A stretch of DNA of 64,000 nt from contig NC_087437.1 in assembly GCF_036321535.1 (NCBI RefSeq), positions 94,180,001 through 94,244,000 on the forward strand. Direction: 5' to 3'. Positions within the stretch are counted from its first letter, which is position 1. Every line of letters begins with the position of its first letter. Positions 12,164-24,039 of this stretch are shown here, one piece after another. The notes under the pieces are model-generated. The model was not told the DNA's origin, ran no database searches, and saw only the letters and a program-made list of their open reading frames with translations. Both the position numbers and the translations under genes were made by a program. This DNA is from Camelus dromedarius. Taxonomy: Eukaryota.

Positions 12164-14079
12164 TGTATGTATATATATATATACACATATATATATACAT
12201 AGTCAGAAGGAGGAAAAAGAGAAGCAAAAGGAGAGATCTTGTTAATATACTTAGGTTAAGATGCAAGCCAGATGTATAGACCTCATTACCTGAAATATAC
12301 TATGTTTAAGGAAAAAAAAAAAGATTTTGCTTCCTTGCCTTTTTCAGCTTTTAGAACTCTATTTCTTGCATTCCTCCCCTCATGGCTCCTTTCCGATATC
12401 CTCAAAGTCAGCAGCTTAGTGTCTTTGAATCTCTCTCTGCTTCCTTTATTATGTCAATTTCTGTTCCCCTGATCCTGTCCCTATCTTACAGGAATCTTTG
12501 GGATTACATCAGATTCCCTTGGATAAATCAGTGCAATCCCCATTTTAGCCCCTTGAAGTAGTCATACATGCAAAGTCCTTTTTGCTATAAAAAGTGACAT
12601 TCACAGGTTCCAAGGATTAGAATGTGAGCATTTTTGGGGACCATTATTCAGCCTACCACATATACCTATTGATTTGAATGTTTAGTTACTGAAAAAGCAT
12701 GTATAAATAATTTTAAATATTCTTAAAATATAAATATTAAAAAATCATTTATTTATTCATTAAGCATGTGTTAAATGCCCATGAGATAAGGATTGCATGG
12801 AAATTTTTTCAGGTTACACAATTGTACTTTTTCTAAATATATTCCAAATGTTCATGTAGAATATAAATTATTTAATTAGGTAAATTGAGAGCGATTTGAT
12901 ACAAAGGAAAAATAACACAGTCTTGGAATTGTATATGTGAGAGACTGCTATTCCTTTATATTAGCATTCAGAGTTAATTTGTGTATATGATATCAGAAGG
13001 CTTAATAGTATTTTAATTAAAATTGTACAGAACATAAATTTTAATCATTAATTTAATTTAATTTAATACCAAAAGGTATGTGAGTAGCATAGAAATTGTC
13101 TTCCTGCTCTTTTTGTTTTCCCAATTGCCTTCTCAGGTAAGGGAAAAAATTATCATGTTATTTTACCTACAAAGCCTGCTTAATTCTTTCTACCTTTTCC
13201 TCACCCCTCCAGTAAGAGGAGATCTAGTGAATAAAACACAATTTCAAAGTATTGTCAATAAACATCCTGCCTGTCATCAAGTATTTTATAACTCAGCAGG
13301 AGACAATGGTTAATAAAATTGATAAGACAGAAACACTTCAAATAATTGTTCATTGTCATAACCGCACTATGCATGTTCAGTGCTGTTTAATAAAACAGCA
13401 TGATTGGACTTTCCCAGTAATATTTTTCAAAAGAACAGATTTGTCCTTTATTTATATAAACACTGCACCTGGGATTTAAATGCTGTTTCATTATTGAAAA
13501 GTTTACTTTTTAAGATCTAATGATATGAATTATAAAACCAAGTAATTCTATAAATGCAATGAGTTGGCCCATGAGAGATAATAAAATATCTTATAATATA
13601 ACAATATTATCATCATCACCTAAATCATTTCTCATAGCTTAATACTACTCCTAAACAACTGGGAGCATTATTTTAAATGATTTCTCTTAAATGTATAAAC
13701 AAATATTAAAGAAATGCTTTGAGTATTAGGTATGAATAACATTAACTAGACCTGTATCATCCCTTATAGCATTGATTTTTGACTCATGCTTTATCTATCT
13801 ACAATTTACCTAAAACATAGTGCCTAAAATGTGCTATTTATAAGGCATCTATTATTAATCAATTTGGCTATTTTGACAAAATCCTAACTGTGCTTTAATC
13901 AGGTAGAAATTATTGTAGTGATATTTTATGAGACTACCATTGAAGCAATTTCTCTGGTGATAAGTTTACTTTCTATAAAAGAACAAGCAAACATTATCAT
14001 AATGGGGTTTCATCAGATTTTCTAAGAGTAGAAAATCTTTCTTGCCAATAAGTTGTAAGAAACCATCATCATTTGAAAG

Positions 14080-14285
14080 GCAATATATCATAATGATTAA
14101 GGGCAGCCTGGCTTCAGATCCTGGTTCCACTTATGTGACCTTGGACAGATCCATCAGTTTCCTCACATAAACTGGGAATAACAATAGTCCTTACCTTGTA
14201 GTGTTGTTGTGAGGACTAAATGAATTAATAAATGTATAAGACTTAGAAAATTTCAAGTGCTCTGTAAATGTTAGCTGATGTTGTG
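14080..14285 (+). mobile_element. MIR
   Basis: cctggcttcagatcctggttccacttatgtgaccttggac...tcagtttcctcac...gttgttgtgaggactaaatgaattaata. Confidence 0.8.
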
Positions 14286-14499
14286 TCCTCTGTATTAAAA
14301 GACAATGATAGTAATTATGACAAGTCCTATAAAATTGGTAAAAGAAAACAGAAAAGAAAAAGCAATTTGATGGTTACATTTTAAGATGCATTGAATTATG
14401 CTAGAATTTCAGAATTTATGCAAGTGAAATTCATAGAAAATGCCTACTATGTAATAAGCCCCCAATGTACATAATTATTTCTCTTATTGGTGGTAGTAT

Positions 14500-15475
14500 T
14501 GATTGAGTTTTTTTGAGACTAGTATATTCTTAATCCCAAACTGATAAGGATAGTTCAAATATTAAAAAGTACAGGTCAATTTGCCTATGAATCTGGGCCA
14601 AATTTCTAACCAAGCTATTAGCTAAATGTTTCCAATGCTATATTAAAATAATAAATCGTAATTAAAAAGTGTTTATCCCAGGAATAAATGGATAGTTTAT
14701 ATCAGAAAAATTTATCCCTGTAAGATACAACAAAAACTAAACCAACAGAAAAAATATTTTGACATAAACCATTTGATACATTCAACAACCATTTATTGTT
14801 AAAGTTGTTAGGAAAAGAATGAAGGCAAACTTCTCAATCTAATAAACAGTATCTATGTAAAACTTATAAAATAAATCATTGTACATAATGTAAAAGCTTT
14901 GAACCATTCAACTTATAATTGGGAAAAATAAAGTTTTGTACTATTTAGAGATAACATTCACAGTATGCAAAAACTTGCTAGAATCAATACCAAACACCGA
15001 GACATGATGCAGTCAAGTCCCTCTGGAGTTTACCTGCAGACTTCCAGCTTTGCTACAAATTTGCTACAACAATTCGATGTGAAGATCTAGCTAATACAGT
15101 ATGACAGAAAAATAGAGCTTGATAATTTTACCTAGAAAATCTAATGCAATCCACAAATCATTAGAAATACTGAATTCAGGAAGATAGATATATAATCAAT
15201 GGAAGAAATAAACACCATTACTCTGTTTCTGTTTAGTAGAAAATAAGATAATATTTACCACATCTAGAAAAAAATATAAATTAAACAATATCTTAAAGTG
15301 AACAAAATCCTTATGAAACATTTAAAGATATAAAATACATAGATAATAAGACAAATTTGTAAAGGTATCTCATATATATATATATAAGCATAAATTTTCA
15401 TAAAACCATAGCTTTGTTTCTGAAATTGATGAAGTGTTGGTCTCAAATTAAAAAATACAATATTCCTTATTCAAA
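14500..15475 (+). mobile_element. Ancient L1 (L1M-type) ORF2 remnants, heavily deleted
   Basis: gtttatcccaggaataaatggatagttta, catttgatacattcaacaaccattt, aaggcaaacttctcaatctaataaa, tacctagaaaatctaatgcaatccacaaa. Confidence 0.65.
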
Positions 15476-15955
15476 GGATGAGAGCATGAAAGAGGCATTT
15501 CTAGGTAGGCCGTGGGAAACTTCAGGGGGTGGTTTAGACAGCTGATGATTTTTAAGGGAACAAAGAGAATGTGAGAGTTTTTCTAGAAAGCTGGACCTGA
15601 GTCATGAAGTGCTGTAATTACTAGGTTTAGAAATCAGTTCTCGTCATCTTAGGAAGCCAGTATATTCTATCCAAAATTAGAGCCTCATGAAGTAGTATCT
15701 GTGAGGTAGTTTACCATTTTTACTGACTTTTCCCTTTAGTAGTTAATGTGATCTGAATGCAGACCAGTTGGTAACGTCTGAAGTGGTTAATGTTCGATGG
15801 CAGCGTTCAGAACTAAATGAAAACACTTGAGATTTGATGATGAAAGTTTCATGAGATACCAGAATCTGAAACCCAACCATCATTTAAACTTGCTCACCCA
15901 TATTTTAAGCTTTTTTTATGCCCTGAATTAGATACTATATTTCTGGTGCATCTTT

Positions 15956-16083
15956 CTTATTTTTTTAAATTTGTGGGGGAGAGGAGGTACTCAGTTTTAT
16001 TTATTTATTTTATTATGATCTGTTTTATTGGAGGTACTGGGGATTGAACCCAGGACCTCATGCATGCTAAGCATGCACTCTAC
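15956..16083 (-). mobile_element. tRNA-derived SINE, camelid Vic-1-like, 5'-truncated
   Basis: ggaggtactggggattgaacccaggacctcatgcatgctaagcatgcactctac; TSD tatttctggtgcatcttt (15938-15955) vs tatttctgatgtatcttc (16102-16119). Confidence 0.9.
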
Positions 16084-16844
16084 TTACTGGATCATTCTCT
16101 GTATTTCTGATGTATCTTCATCTTTTGGTATAAACATCTTCTTACCATGTTACTAAAATATACTAATAAAACATTAAAATTGGCCCTAAGGCTATACTTC
16201 AAAGGTTACAGTTAAAGATAAGCTATAAAATAAAACTAAAAAAATGTGAATGAGCATTTACTTTAGTGTACATAGACAATTAGAAAGGAAAAAAATGAAT
16301 TGCTTCTAAAATGTTGTGCCTCAAGTGTTTGAAAACTTCAACATATTTTACAACTACCTAGAAAACGGAAAAAACATTAAAAAAATAATTTTTTTTCTTA
16401 CTTAGGAGAGTGCATTTCACAGTACAGACTAAAAAGAGATTTCTCCTTTGTGCTCATCCATGGTTGGTGCTCTGTGGGTCTCTCTCCTGATCTTTGTCAA
16501 GTCAACAATAATTATTATTCTAAAACAAACTCTTGAGAGCAGCAAGCCTGGCTCAGACAGCTTGTGTTCCAGCCAAAAACAGAGGCATAACTGCTCTCTC
16601 TGTGATCCTTCTGGCTTCCAGAAATGTGAGGGAAAGTGTGGGAAGGGCTGTCTACAAACTCTCGACCGCGCCCCGATGGATGACAGCTCTGCAAATCATC
16701 CGCGGATGCAGAGATGCCAGGAAGTGAGTGCTGATGTGTAAAAATGTGTCTCCACCATTCTGCATCCCCTTCTCCAGGAAATGTGAGCAGGGCAGATTGA
16801 AATTCAGAAAATCAGCATTTACCACAAGACTTTGTTCGGCATCT

Positions 16845-17769
16845 TGATTTAGGTTTCCAGACCCTGAATCAGTGAATTAAATGCAAGTCATTTAATTCAA
16901 ACATGATTCCGGGAAACTTCCAGAGGGGAGTACAGAAGTGAAGCAAGAATGGGGCCGGAGGAGGGTAGTTTCCTCGGGCTTTTAAGACAAATTGCCACAA
17001 GCTTGGTGCTTTCAAGTAAAGTAGAGAAATTTACTCTCTCGCCATTCTGGAGGCTGGAAGCCCAGAATCACAGTGTTGGCAGGGCCATGCTTACCCTGCA
17101 GGCTCTAGAGTTGAATCCTTCTTTGCCTTTTCCAAGCTCTAATGGATCCTGGCATCCATTGGTCCCTACGATTTTCTTCACAGGGCTTTCTTCCCTCTGT
17201 ATCTGCCTTTCTTCTTCTTTTTTTTTTTCTTTTCTGCCTCTTGTAAGAATGCTTTCATTGGATTACAAGTCCACTCTAACCCAGTGTGAACTTTTCTCAA
17301 GATATTTGACTAATTGCGTCTGCAAATATTATAATCTTCAACAGTTTCTAAATAAGGTCACATTCTGAGTTTCCAGGATTTTCTCAGTACACTATTCAAA
17401 CGGCAGCCAATTAAATGTGTGCTGTTAAGCAAGGTATCCTGATAGATAGCTGGAACTCAACCTCAATGCAAATTCTGGAAACCAGTGAGAACTGGAGCTT
17501 CAGAGTTGCATTCCACAGCCCCAAAGGGAGGGAGCTGACACTAACTCCTGTCAATTATTGGTTGGGGCTGTTGGGGGCCGGGGAGAGGAGTTTACTGGAG
17601 CTGGAGAGGAGGGGGCAGGTGACCACATTCTATGCAGAGTGGGTTCTATCCACCAAAGAAAGGTCCAGAAGAAAGAGAGGCAGATGTTAGCAGCTAGAAG
17701 TCCTCTGGTGAGCACTGTAATGGGGAGTCCTGAACCAAGAGAGAGAGGGCACCAACAGCTTTTGCTGCA
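16845..17769 (-). mobile_element. ERVL LTR16-like solo LTR interrupted by MLT1
   Basis: cagaccctga...tgcaagtcatttaatt...ccagaggggagtacagaagtgaagcaag resumes at 17402 with ggcagccaattaaatgtgtgctgttaagcaag and ends gcaccaacagcttttgctgca. Confidence 0.6.
16962..17401 (-). mobile_element. MaLR MLT1C-like solo LTR
   Basis: agaaatttactctctcgccattctggaggctggaagcccagaatcacagtgttggcagggccatgc...aaataaggtcacattctgag. Confidence 0.8.
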
Positions 17770-18077
17770 GAAAGTTAATCATGCAAGTATCAATTCCATC
17801 CATCAAAACTTCTTTGGGGGAGATAAGATTTCAGCTAATTTCAGTAAATAAATTGACTAATAAATGCACACAGATAATCTATATGGAAATGATATATAAT
17901 AGAAAAAAATTCAACCTCATCAGTTTAATCAGCTTTAAAAATACCTGTATGTAAGAATGAGTAATAAAAACAGTGAAATGTGTGTTTACCAACATCTTTG
18001 GTTTTGAACTTAGAACATTTAGGGATGTTTGAAATAGATTAGTGATTTGGCGTGATTGAAAGTGTTTCTCTGCCTTC

Positions 18078-18100
18078 ACACACACACACACACACACACA
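18078..18100. repeat. (CA)n microsatellite
   Basis: Directly visible. Confidence 0.95.
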
Positions 18101-18902
18101 TTCACAAAAGTTAGTACATTACCAAGCTGTGTCTGACAAGAGGGTTGAGGGAGAAAAAAGATATAGAACTCTTAACCTACAGTGATATTTTATTATATAT
18201 AAATTCAGATATTAAAGCAGTTATTTGTATTGTTCTTTTTTAAACATAGAGAAAGATCTAATGACCTGATAAAAAAAACGCTGTAACAAGTAAGATAAAC
18301 ATTTCTAAAGCCATGAGTTATTGTAACTGGAAACCTTGACTCAAAGATGACCTGAGGTAGATTGTTTATTGCCAATGTATAGTACAACACAATATTCAAG
18401 CATCATATGACAATATAATTTGTGTGTTAATATATATAATATATTTTATATTAAATAATTATATAATAAAATATATTTTAATGTAATTTGTATATATATA
18501 TAAAATACATGGTTATAAAGTACAAATTTCTGATAATCAGCTTTCAGTTTGGGAAAACAATTTGTGTTCTTTGCCTGCCTTTCCTCCTCCTGGACAAAGT
18601 GCTTTGGATTCTAAATTTCCTTTAGGAAATCCTACCATCAATTTTGGAATGGCTTTACCACCATCTGCTCAAAAGTTCTGGTCATGAAACAGAAGACCTT
18701 GTCAGGAAGCAAAATGAGTCATCTGAACAACTGTGATTAATTCAAGGGAAGAAGCACAGCCCACATTTGCTAATCAGTGTGTGTAAATCCATCTATGCAT
18801 ATGTAGTGATTGGTGCAGGAATAGTCACATATAGCAAGTTAACCCAAATAGAGTGAATCACAGGATATATTTTAAATGATCAGGAAAATGTCATTTGGTT
18901 GT

Positions 18903-19674
18903 AGTGATAGTTAAATTGTGTGTTAACTTCAGTAAGCCACCATGTGCCCAGACATTTGGTCAAGCATAATTCTGGGTGTGTCTCTGAGGGTCCTTCTGGA
19001 TGAGATTAGCACTGGATCTGCAGACTGAGTAGACTGCCCTCTCTAATGAAATTGGGCTTCACCCAGTGAGTGGGGGGCTTGAATAAAATTAAAATATCTG
19101 ACACTCTGACAGGTAACAGGGACCTCTTCCTGTCTGGGCAGCCTTGGGCTGGGAAATTAGTTTTTTTTCCTGCCTTTGGGCCCAAAGTGAAACATCAGTT
19201 CTTTCTGGGTCTGACGCCTGCCAGCATTTGGACTGGCATGGCACCGAGACTCTGCTGGGTCTCCAGCTTACCAGCTACAGATCCTGGGACCTGTCTGCCT
19301 TCATAATCATGTAAGCCAATTCCTATATCTATGTCTGTGTCTACACCTACATCTATACCTCTATCTGCATCTTTATTTTAGTCGGTTCAGCCAGAATTTG
19401 CCCTACAATTGATGTCTCCTTCTACTGATCCCCCATGTTACTTAGCTATACAACCCTGCTTATCCCTTCTTGCATTTGGAATGGAGCCCCGTTCTATACT
19501 AGGATCTCTTTTCCTCTATTGCAATTGTCCTGAATAAAATTTGCCTTCACCACTTTAATTTCTTTCTAGCTCTAGATTTCTCTCTGTCTGTCTCTCTCTC
19601 CCCGCTACCCCATCTCTCTCTCTTTTCCCTCTACCCTATTGGTTCTGCTTCTCCAGAGAATCCTGAATAAGACG
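18903..19674 (+). mobile_element. ERVL MLT2B/D-like LTR
   Basis: gtgcccagacatttggtcaagcataattctgggtgtgtctctgagggt...gatgagattagca; ends cctattggttctgcttctccagagaatcctgaataagacg. Confidence 0.85.
19372..19590 (+). mobile_element. MER31-like ERV1 LTR 3' fragment inside the MLT2 LTR
   Basis: ggaatggagccccgttctatactaggatctcttttcctctattgcaattgtcctgaataaaattt. Confidence 0.6.
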
Positions 19675-20987
19675 GATGTTGATCTGAGAAGTGGCGTTCT
19701 GCTGTAACAAATACCTAAAAATGTGAAAGTGGATTTGGAACTGGGTCGTGGGCAGGGTCTGGGAGAGTTTTGAGGTGTGTGCTTTAAAAAGCTGATTGCC
19801 ATGAAGGAACTCTGGGTAGAAATGTGGACATTAAAGGCCATTCTGGGGAGGTCTCAGATGGAACAGATTGTTAAAACTGGAAGAAAAAGGATCCTGTTAT
19901 AAAGTGGCCGAGGAATTGGCTGAATTGTGTTCTAGTGGTTTGTGGACGATAGAACTTGACAGCCATGAAAGTAGGTATTTAGCTAAGGAGATTTCTAAGC
20001 AAAATATTGAAAGTATAGCCTGGGTTCTCCCAACTGCTTATAATAAAATGTGAAAGACGAGCCATGAATTGAAGAAGGAATTGTTAAAGCAAAATAGAAC
20101 CAGAACTTAAAGATTTGGAAAATCTCGGCCTATCCATATTGCAGAAAAAGAGAAAGCTCATCCCTGCAGAGAGCACTGAGGGAGTTGCTGCACAAAAATT
20201 TGATAAGGAAGATGGTGTGGATCTCATGGACAAATCCAATCAGCCCCTAAGTAGCAGGTGCCTGGAATAGAAATGAGATTTTAGCAACAGAAACATTGCC
20301 AGATGGGACTAAAGGAAAGAAGAAAAATGAAATGCAATGAATGAGTGAACGAATGAATGAATGAAAGAAGGCTGGTAATAACTGTTATCCTTCAAGAAAA
20401 GGGAAGAATGACTCCTAAGACAAATCAGGGATCACAAGGGTGGTCCCACCACAGTTCTGGGGGAAGGCTGCTTGTGTGGTTTCAGAGGGCAGAGCCCTCA
20501 TGGAAAACTGAGGGAGCTACACTCCACTGAGCTGAAGGGGTGGGTGGCCCTGCAGAACCATGGGGGGACTCTGCCCCGGCACTGGGCCTGAAGGACAGAA
20601 CAGCAGCCCCGAGAGAATTATTCTTGCAACTTAGGATCCAATAAAATTGACCTTGCTAGTCTTTAGACTTGCTTGAGACCTGTCACCCCCTCCTTTTTTC
20701 CTGTTTCTTCCTTTTGGAATGGGGGTGTCTATCCTCTGCCTGTCTGTCGTATTTTAAAAGCAGATAACTTGTCTGGATTCACAGATTCACAGCTGGAGAA
20801 GAATTTTGCCTCAGGATAAACTGTACATCAAATCTTACCCATATCTGATTAAATAAGATTTATATGAGACCTTGGACTTCGACTTTACAGTTGATGCTGG
20901 AATTTGTTAAGGCTTTGGGGGTGTCCAGGTGGAATGAATGCATTTGAGTATTAGAAAGACATCGGTTTGGTGGGCTAAAGGGCAGAA
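19675..20987 (+). mobile_element. MaLR internal region (MLT1-int), ORF decayed
   Basis: tgctgtaacaaatacctaaaaatgtgaaagtggatttggaactggg; ORF 19868 KGSCYKVAEELAELCSSGLWTIEL...YLAKEISKQNIE resembles the MaLR gag-derived ORF; purine-rich tract before the 3' LTR. Confidence 0.85.
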
Positions 20988-21365
20988 TGTTGTGGACTGA
21001 ATGTTTATGTCCTCCCAAAATTCATATATGAAGCCATAACCCCCAATGTGAATGTATTTGGAAATAGGGTCTGGGAGGAGGTGATAAAGATTAACTGAGG
21101 TCATAAGGGTTGTGCCCTAATCCGATACAGCTGGTGCCCTTATAAGAAGAGGAAGAGACACCAGAGCCCTCTCTCTCCACCGTGTGAGGACACAGAGAGA
21201 AGGCAGCCGTCTGCAAGCCAGGAAGAGTGCTCTTACCAGGACCTGATCATGCCGGCACCTTGATCTCAGACTTCCAGTCTCCAGAACTGTGAGAAAATAA
21301 ACTTCTGTTTAAGCCATGCAGTCCATGATATTATTTTGTTATGGCAGCCTGAATAGACTAAGACG
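20988..21365 (+). mobile_element. MaLR MLT1A0-like LTR (3' LTR of the internal region)
   Basis: tgttgtggactgaatgtttatgtcctcccaaaattcata...ccagaactgtgagaaaataaa...ggcagcctgaatagactaagac. Confidence 0.9.
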
Positions 21366-21786
21366 GCAGCCTTCGTGTCATCACTTACAGTCTAGCAATG
21401 AATCCAGCACTAAGAAAAATAGAGTTGAAACACCAGAGGAACCAAAGCCATTTGAAAACATACTCGTCTCTGGATCAAATCAAATCTCTGGGAAAATTAT
21501 TCCTTGATTGTTCAGATATCTGATTAATATAATTGATTGATGGAACTACTTGGAGTTTAATTTTATGGAATTTGGAAACCAAAGGTAACTGGCAGTTTAA
21601 AAATCAGCCCTCTTCATAAGTGTGAGCGTGCCTGTGCTCTGTGTTCTAATGAATAACATGTAGTAGTGCCTCTTTCCTTCATGTCTCAGATGTAGTAATA
21701 TTAAATTAAACTTTTTTCTGTTCTTAACTGCATGAAGTTTAAAAAACAGATTTAAAAATGCATAAGTGATTTGTAACCATTATTAC

Positions 21787-22138
21787 CGTCTTAAGTCAGT
21801 CTGAACAGCTGTAACAGAAATACTGTAGACTGAGTGGCTTAAATAACACATACTCATTTCTCACAGTTCTGGAGGCTGGGAAGTCCAAGATCAAGGTGTC
21901 AGCAGATTCAGTGTCCGATGTGAGCCTTCTGCCTGGTTTGCAGATGGCCTCCCTTGCTCAGCTGAGACAGAGATCATCTCTCGGGTGCCTCCTCTTGTAA
22001 GAACACTAATCTCATCCCTCAGGGCTAGACCCTCATGATCTAATTACCTCCCAATAACCCCACTCCAAACATGGTCACACTGGGAGTTGAGCTTTCAACA
22101 TATGAATTTTGGGTGGACACAAACATCAGTCCATTCCA
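21787..22138 (-). mobile_element. MaLR MLT1A0-like solo LTR
   Basis: tttctcacagttctggaggctgggaagtccaagatcaaggtgtcagcagattc...tcaacatatgaattttgggtggacacaaacatcagtcca. Confidence 0.9.
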
Positions 22139-22609
22139 ATAGCCATAAGCAAATATTCGTTTAAGGACTAAAACTTTTAATGCATTAGCATGTATTTTTC
22201 TGGATAAATTATTGTATATTTCAATCTCTGTATATCTCTATCTCTATGTCTCTATCTGCACTCATAGAATTTATCACTCTGTTTATCTGTATCTGTCTTT
22301 TTTCTATAAAACGGAATATATACAAGTAAGCCATTAAAACTGAAATCCTAGACTCCCCTGAGAAAAATATATAAATCAGAATGTCCTTAGTTATTCCTTC
22401 CTTTGGTATTTTGTTTTTCCTTTAGATTTCCCAGGATCATTTCCTGTGTTGCTTTTGTTTTGCTCTTTGGAATATCACCTATTCCCTGCTATGCCAAGAA
22501 ACTCTAATCACGTATGGCTCTATTCCTCATATGGTTGCATGTATTATAAGTAATAATATTACTCTTCATGGAAGGTCTTTAAGATCTGACACATTAAATC
22601 TCCAAGGCA

Positions 22610-22745
22610 GGTCTTTGGGACCATGGGCACTCTTCCATGGAAATGTTTGTACATTTGTGTATAAGTATATTTTTCTGAAGCAAAGGTTCGTAAATTTCAT
22701 CAGGTCTCATCAAAGGCTCTTGATTCAAATCTATTTAAAACTCTC
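22610..22745. mobile_element. Possible hAT-Charlie MITE fragment
   Basis: atttttctgaagcaaaggttcgtaaatttcatcaggtctcatcaaaggctcttgattcaaa resembles small Charlie-derived elements. Confidence 0.35.
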
Positions 22746-23664
22746 CTCCAATAGCAAGAAAAGGGCTTTCTGACCTGTTACTGGAAGAAAGGGGATTGTG
22801 TGGACAGCTCTTCCTACATCTAAATCAGACTGAAGAGAATTTGTGTCCGTGTGTTCCTTCTAAGGATGGGCCCACTTTCTGTTTTCTCTTTACTGGCTAA
22901 CTTGCAGAAAAGCCCTGAACAAGGTAAAAATAATGGATTTCTTTTTTTAACCAAATTCCTGATAAATATAGCATGCCAGTCATTAGAGAGTTAATTCTTT
23001 AAGGCAGCACTGAAATGTGGCTCAAAGAACCCCAAAGGATTTTAAATTATATTCCCTCTTTTAGCAGCTGTCACAGTTTTGGCAAAATGCTCATATGATC
23101 TCCCCTTAGACTGCATCTGTTTCTTTAGAAAGGTCTTCAGAGCATTTCTTTAACTACTGGGAACTGGGATTATCCCATTAAATGCACTTGCTTTTGAATT
23201 TATTTTAAGTACGTTCAGGGCAAAAGTCAGTGTAAATAGATCAGGTGAGGTCATTCACTGACTCTGGCTCTCACTAAATTGTAGAAAAATTCTTCCCTGA
23301 ATCATTTCATCAAACAATATTATTATATTTATTTAAAAGTAAAATTAGAAAAATCTAGGGCCCAGTCCCCCTTCCTAACCCCAGGATCTCAGTGTAAATC
23401 TGTTATATCAGCCAGTTTCTGGGGTTTAATTATCTACAGAAAGAGGGGAATTATTAAATCCTACAAATACCATGATCATTGTTTCGGACAAACCTGGTGT
23501 TATTCTGTTGTTCTTTTTTTAAAAGGCTGAAAAGATGTACTACTTCATAATTCCATGATGCTTCCTAAATATTAGCTCTGCCTCTTACTAATTTCTTAAC
23601 TAGATTAATTAATTAAAGACAGAGAGAATGAGAAAGAGAGAGAACAGTAAGTGGAGTGAGCACA

Positions 23665-24039
23665 TGTATTAGCTTGCTAGGGTTGTCATAACAAAATATC
23701 ACAGACTGGGTGTCATAAACAGCAAAACTTTATATTCTCAGAGTTCTGGTGGCTAGAAGTCCAAGAACAAGGTGCTGTCAGGGTTGGTTTCTTCCGAGAT
23801 CTCTCTTCTTGGCTTGCAACTGTGTTACCACAGGGTCTTCCCTCTGTGTATGCACATCATGGTATCTTTGTGTGTCCAAATTTTTCTTATAAGAACACCA
23901 GTCAGACTGGATCAGAGCCCATTCTAATAGCCTCATTTTAACGTATTCATCTCTAAATATTCTAACTCCACATTGGAAGGTGCTGGGAGTTAGGGCTTCA
24001 ACATATGAACTTTAGGGGAGCACACTTCAGCCCATAAGA
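23665..24039 (-). mobile_element. MaLR MLT1B-like solo LTR
   Basis: tgtattagcttgctagggttgtcataacaaaatatcacagactgggtg...tagggcttcaacatatgaac...ttcagcccataa. Confidence 0.88.

Larger units (their letters stand above)
10991..12660 (-). mobile_element. MaLR MLT1D/E-like solo LTR interrupted by an L1 (pieces 10991-11174 and 12323-12660)
   Basis: tatattagttttctgttgctgctgtaaca at the start, ccattattcagcctaccaca at the end; 5-bp TSD tatgc (10986-10990) vs tatac (12661-12665). Confidence 0.85.

Noticed and set aside
16084..16104. U6 snRNA-SINE chimera (antisense atacagagaa)
   Set aside because: Only about 10 nt match, partly within the TSD, and the U6 5' end is absent
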